A stretch of DNA of 49,728 nucleotides, taken from the NCBI GenBank assembly GCA_016926295.1, contig JAFGOX010000032.1, positions 1 to 49,728 on the forward strand, read 5' to 3'. Below, piece after piece: positions 46,621-49,728 of this stretch (positions within the stretch are counted from its first letter, which is position 1; each line of letters opens with the position of its first letter). Source of the DNA: Candidatus Iainarchaeum sp. (GTDB taxonomy: Archaea; Iainarchaeota; Iainarchaeia; JAFGOX01). A program made the translations under genes and the position numbers. Under the pieces are notes generated by a model. That model searched no databases, was not told where the DNA came from, and saw nothing but the letters and a program-made list of their open reading frames with translations.

Positions 46621-47136
46621 ATGAATACCCCTATAAAGCTTATGGATTGGCTAACGGCCTGGTTCTTGTGGTTTGTAGATTGCTATGGGTTACCTGCAAT
46701 ATTTGTAGCATCGGCATTAGCGAGCGCCACCATTGTGATTCCCACGCCGTTCAATGCGGTTGTTTTTCTTATTGCGCCATTCTACGACCCCTTTATCCTT
46801 ACTCTTGTAACTGCCCTCGGTACATCATTAGGGGAATTAAGCGCATACGCTCTAGGTCGCGGTGGTGAGGCGGCATTATCCCATTTCAAGAAAACTTCAC
46901 AAAAGGAAATTGAAAAAATAAAGAAAGTCTTTGAAAAATACGGATTCTGGGCAATAGTTGTATTTGCACTAACTCCTTTACCTTTGGATATAGTGGGCGT
47001 GCTTGCAGGAATGACACAGTACGACATAAAAAAATTCTTCGTCGGCACAGTAATTGGCAAGCTGGGGCAGTATTCAATAATTGTGTACGGAGGCTATTAC
47101 GGACTTCCGATTGTTATGCAGGCCTTTGGAATCTAG
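46621..47136 (+). CDS. DedA/VTT family membrane protein
   Basis: IPTP, GTSLGELSAYALGR, KYGFWAIVVFALTPLPLDIVGVLAG, FFVGTVIGK. Confidence 0.9.
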   Translation: MNTPIKLMDWLTAWFLWFVDCYGLPAIFVASALASATIVIPTPFNAVVFLIAPFYDPFILTLVTALGTSLGELSAYALGRGGEAALSHFKKTSQKEIEKIKKVFEKYGFWAIVVFALTPLPLDIVGVLAGMTQYDIKKFFVGTVIGKLGQYSIIVYGGYYGLPIVMQAFGI

Positions 47137-47654
47137 CGCAAAAGTCGATTTATATTCAATATGGCCATTGCCGAAAACATTGAGCCCACAATGAAGAATA
47201 CAAATGCTGAAGACGGGGGGAATGCGGGTGTGGCCACAAGCGGCACAATACTAAGTATTGCCAAACCTATAAACAAAAATGTCGTTGCAATGTAAAGTCT
47301 GTGGCCTTCGGGGTCTGTACTAATTGTAAGGTGCGGAACCAAAAACACAATCTTAAGGAAACTCCTGAAATTTATTTCCTCAACGTTCTGGAATAATTTT
47401 ACTGCAAGGGCGATAGAAAAGACCGTTACAAAAGCATAGAACAAAGTCAGGGTTACGGGGGTGGAAATAACATAGGTTATCCCTTCTCCTGCCAGCCTGA
47501 CTACACCATCATATACTACATAGGTCAAAAGACCGTAAATTATTGCATTTGCAAAAAAAACGCCTGAAAGTAACAGGCTTGTTTTCTTCTCATTGCTTAG
47601 CAGAGATTCTGGTTTAACAGGATTCTTTTTCACAGTTTGTCTTTTCTTTGCCAT
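47133..47654 (-). CDS. Hypothetical membrane protein
   Basis: Basic N-terminus followed by about 4 hydrophobic segments. Confidence 0.65.
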   Translation of the reverse strand: MAKKRQTVKKNPVKPESLLSNEKKTSLLLSGVFFANAIIYGLLTYVVYDGVVRLAGEGITYVISTPVTLTLFYAFVTVFSIALAVKLFQNVEEINFRSFLKIVFLVPHLTISTDPEGHRLYIATTFLFIGLAILSIVPLVATPAFPPSSAFVFFIVGSMFSAMAILNINRLLR

Positions 47655-47704
47655 GTGTCTATAATTCGATTATACTATAAAAATCTATCGCGAGAACAAA
47701 AACT

Positions 47705-48523
47705 CTAATTCAAATATCGTTCAATTGAGGCTGTGATAGCTTCCAAAAACTTATCCTTCAATTCTTCATTAATCTCAGTTAGCGAAAAATATGGCGAATC
47801 ATCCTCAATTTCCAACAATAACAAGGATCCGTCTAACAGCCTGACTGCATCTATTCTTTGTATTCCATTTTCCAATTTATTCCATGAAACAAATTTTTTG
47901 GCAAATGTTAAATCTTCTTTTGAAGGATTAAATAATTTTGGTTCTGGCCATAAGGGAAACTTTGAAGGCTCAAAAATCAGACAGTACATGAACTCCTTAT
48001 TGACATAGTAAAAAGATATTTCATATTTGAATTCAAGTTTTGGCTGAATCATTATGTTGCTACCCTTAAGTTTTTTTAGTTCAGGGCAGGTCAGAACCTT
48101 AACCCCTGCCGAACTAAATCCATGTTTTGGCTTGATTAAGTACTGCTCAGACTTTGGCAATTTATTGATGTCCTTCAGAGAATCAACAGTCGGGATGACC
48201 GGATAGCCTTTCTTAAAAAGTTCAACTAAATAATCTTTTCCATATCGGTCTGCGGACGCATTAAAATCATTATATAATTTCAAATTCTTGGCTTTTGCCC
48301 TTGACAGAAATTCATTCTTTATCTTTTCATAATGCTCGTGTTTCTGTTCATCAGACGGCCATGTATCACGAATCATTATTAAATCAAAATTATCTTCAAT
48401 GGGTTCAATCTTATCAAAATACGAGACCGTTACATCAAACTTCTTTTTTAAATGGTCAACAAGAAGCAAATCCTCTGTTTCTCCGTTTGTCAAATCTGTT
48501 AAAAACAAAATTGATTTGGGCAT
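47705..48523 (-). CDS. ATP-grasp fold protein (RimK/glutathione-synthetase-like)
   Basis: GKDYL...YPVIPT, LIKPKHGFSS, IQPKL..EISFY, RIDAVR, LLLEIED. Confidence 0.82.
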   Translation of the reverse strand: MPKSILFLTDLTNGETEDLLLVDHLKKKFDVTVSYFDKIEPIEDNFDLIMIRDTWPSDEQKHEHYEKIKNEFLSRAKAKNLKLYNDFNASADRYGKDYLVELFKKGYPVIPTVDSLKDINKLPKSEQYLIKPKHGFSSAGVKVLTCPELKKLKGSNIMIQPKLEFKYEISFYYVNKEFMYCLIFEPSKFPLWPEPKLFNPSKEDLTFAKKFVSWNKLENGIQRIDAVRLLDGSLLLLEIEDDSPYFSLTEINEELKDKFLEAITASIERYLN

Positions 48524-48633
48524 ATACTTTAACTCTGGCCGAATAAACTTATAAGCTTATTCAACCACCCGATTAACGGCATTTAAAAACGCAAGTTATA
48601 AAAAGAAAAGAGCGCTTTAGATATTGATAGCTT

Positions 48634-49149
48634 ATGAAAAAAGCAGCATCCCCTGTTGTTTCATCCACACTGATACTTCTTGTAAGTGTAATGCTAATTG
48701 CATTAGTGTACATATGGTCGCAAACAACAGTTACTGCATTCATGACATCATTAAATGCTGAGGCGCAAAGGCAGACTTTAATCCTGTCTTCAGAAATAAC
48801 AATATATCCCTGCCCTGAAACAAACCTTCAGACTGGCGTCGGGCCAACATATTACATATTCATAGACAACACAGGGTCGACCACTTTAACAAACGTGACA
48901 ACTTATTTCGACGGAGTCCAAGTTGTATGGAACTGTGCAACCACCCCGCACACAAACTGCGTATACGGGATGTTTAGGGATGATCCTACAACGGCCTTGT
49001 TCCCTGAAGAGCAGTCTACTGTCTTAGAGGAACTGGCGCCAGGGGACGTAGCATGGATTGCATTGGGTGAATTAACATCATCCGACCTGTCCGGCGTCAC
49101 TATTTATGTTACAAGCGAAGAAACTTCAGCAAGTTACACATTCCCTTAG
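48634..49149 (+). CDS. Archaeal type IV pilin-like protein
   Basis: Class III signal peptide MKKA/ASPVVSSTLILLVSVMLIALVYIW, then a beta-rich domain with IDNTGS and LAPG. Confidence 0.8.
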   Translation: MKKAASPVVSSTLILLVSVMLIALVYIWSQTTVTAFMTSLNAEAQRQTLILSSEITIYPCPETNLQTGVGPTYYIFIDNTGSTTLTNVTTYFDGVQVVWNCATTPHTNCVYGMFRDDPTTALFPEEQSTVLEELAPGDVAWIALGELTSSDLSGVTIYVTSEETSASYTFP

Positions 49150-49158
49150 GGTGAAAAA

Positions 49159-49728
49159 ATGAAAAAAGCTGAGGCGCTGAAATTCAAGCGTCGCGTTATG
49201 CGGGTTATCAATGACTCAGACATCATACTAGAGGTAGTGGATGCGCGCTTTCCACAGGACACAAGAAACAAAGAACTGGAAAAAATAGTCAAAAACAAGG
49301 GCAAGACTTTGATGATTGTAATAAACAAGGCTGATTTGGTGCCTCTCAAAGAGGTAAGGAAAATACAGGAAGAGCTTGAATATCCGTCAGTCTACACATC
49401 ATGCAAAAGCTATCAAGGGATAAGCAACCTAAAAGTACAGCTTCAGATAATGGCAAAAGGAAAGGAAATGCTAAAAGTAGGAATAATTGGCATGCCCAAC
49501 ACAGGAAAGTCAAGTATCACAAACAGGTTAAGGCACAAAAAGGTCGCAAGAGTCAGTCCGCTTGCGGGTTTCACAAAGGGCGAGCAGTGGATTAAGATAC
49601 TGCCAAATGTCATGCTGCTTGATAGTCCCGGAGTATTGGATAGGGAAATACCCTATAAACTGGCTGCGCTTGTAGGCTCAAGAAACCCAGAGGAATTCAA
49701 ATCCGCTGAACCTTTGGCAATTGAAATA
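49159..49728 (+). CDS. Circularly permuted GTPase (RbgA/YlqF family), 3'-truncated; absent from the ORF track
   Basis: Hand translation: DIILEVVDARFP, INKADL (G4) preceding GMPNTGKSS (G1), GFTKGEQW (G2), LLDSPG (G3). Confidence 0.92.
   Translation, partial: MKKAEALKFKRRVMRVINDSDIILEVVDARFPQDTRNKELEKIVKNKGKTLMIVINKADLVPLKEVRKIQEELEYPSVYTSCKSYQGISNLKVQLQIMAKGKEMLKVGIIGMPNTGKSSITNRLRHKKVARVSPLAGFTKGEQWIKILPNVMLLDSPGVLDREIPYKLAALVGSRNPEEFKSAEPLAIEI

Overview
Gene-dense, mostly core-genome window from an archaeon, probably a DPANN lineage (inferred from the divergent core proteins and compact, often leaderless layout; the lineage cannot be proven from this window). It carries replication and repair genes (PolD DP1/DP2, Orc1/Cdc6, SepF, Hel308, Hjc, DnaG, RPA, RadA), the Rpp21-S19e-PDCD5-L39e-L31e-aIF6-PfdA-FtsY string plus SRP54, tRNA-processing enzymes (TrmY, Pus10, RtcA, Trm56), IscS/IscU, GGGP synthase, a MacB-type ABC operon, a pilin and a prepilin peptidase, and five tRNA genes, two with introns. 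One apparently complete IS605-family element (tnpA/tnpB) sits immediately upstream of hjc. Main observations: (1) the 40-nt intron of tRNA-Leu(CAA) reads as a minimal box C/D guide RNA whose N+5 position lands on its own wobble C34; (2) tRNA-Ile(GAT) has a non-canonical T-loop (59/60) intron with a strict BHB motif; (3) the IS605 element appears to separate hjc from its ribosome-binding site; (4) PolD DP2 has CDGEQD in place of the catalytic CDGDED. No CRISPR array was seen. All calls are by eye; no searches were run.
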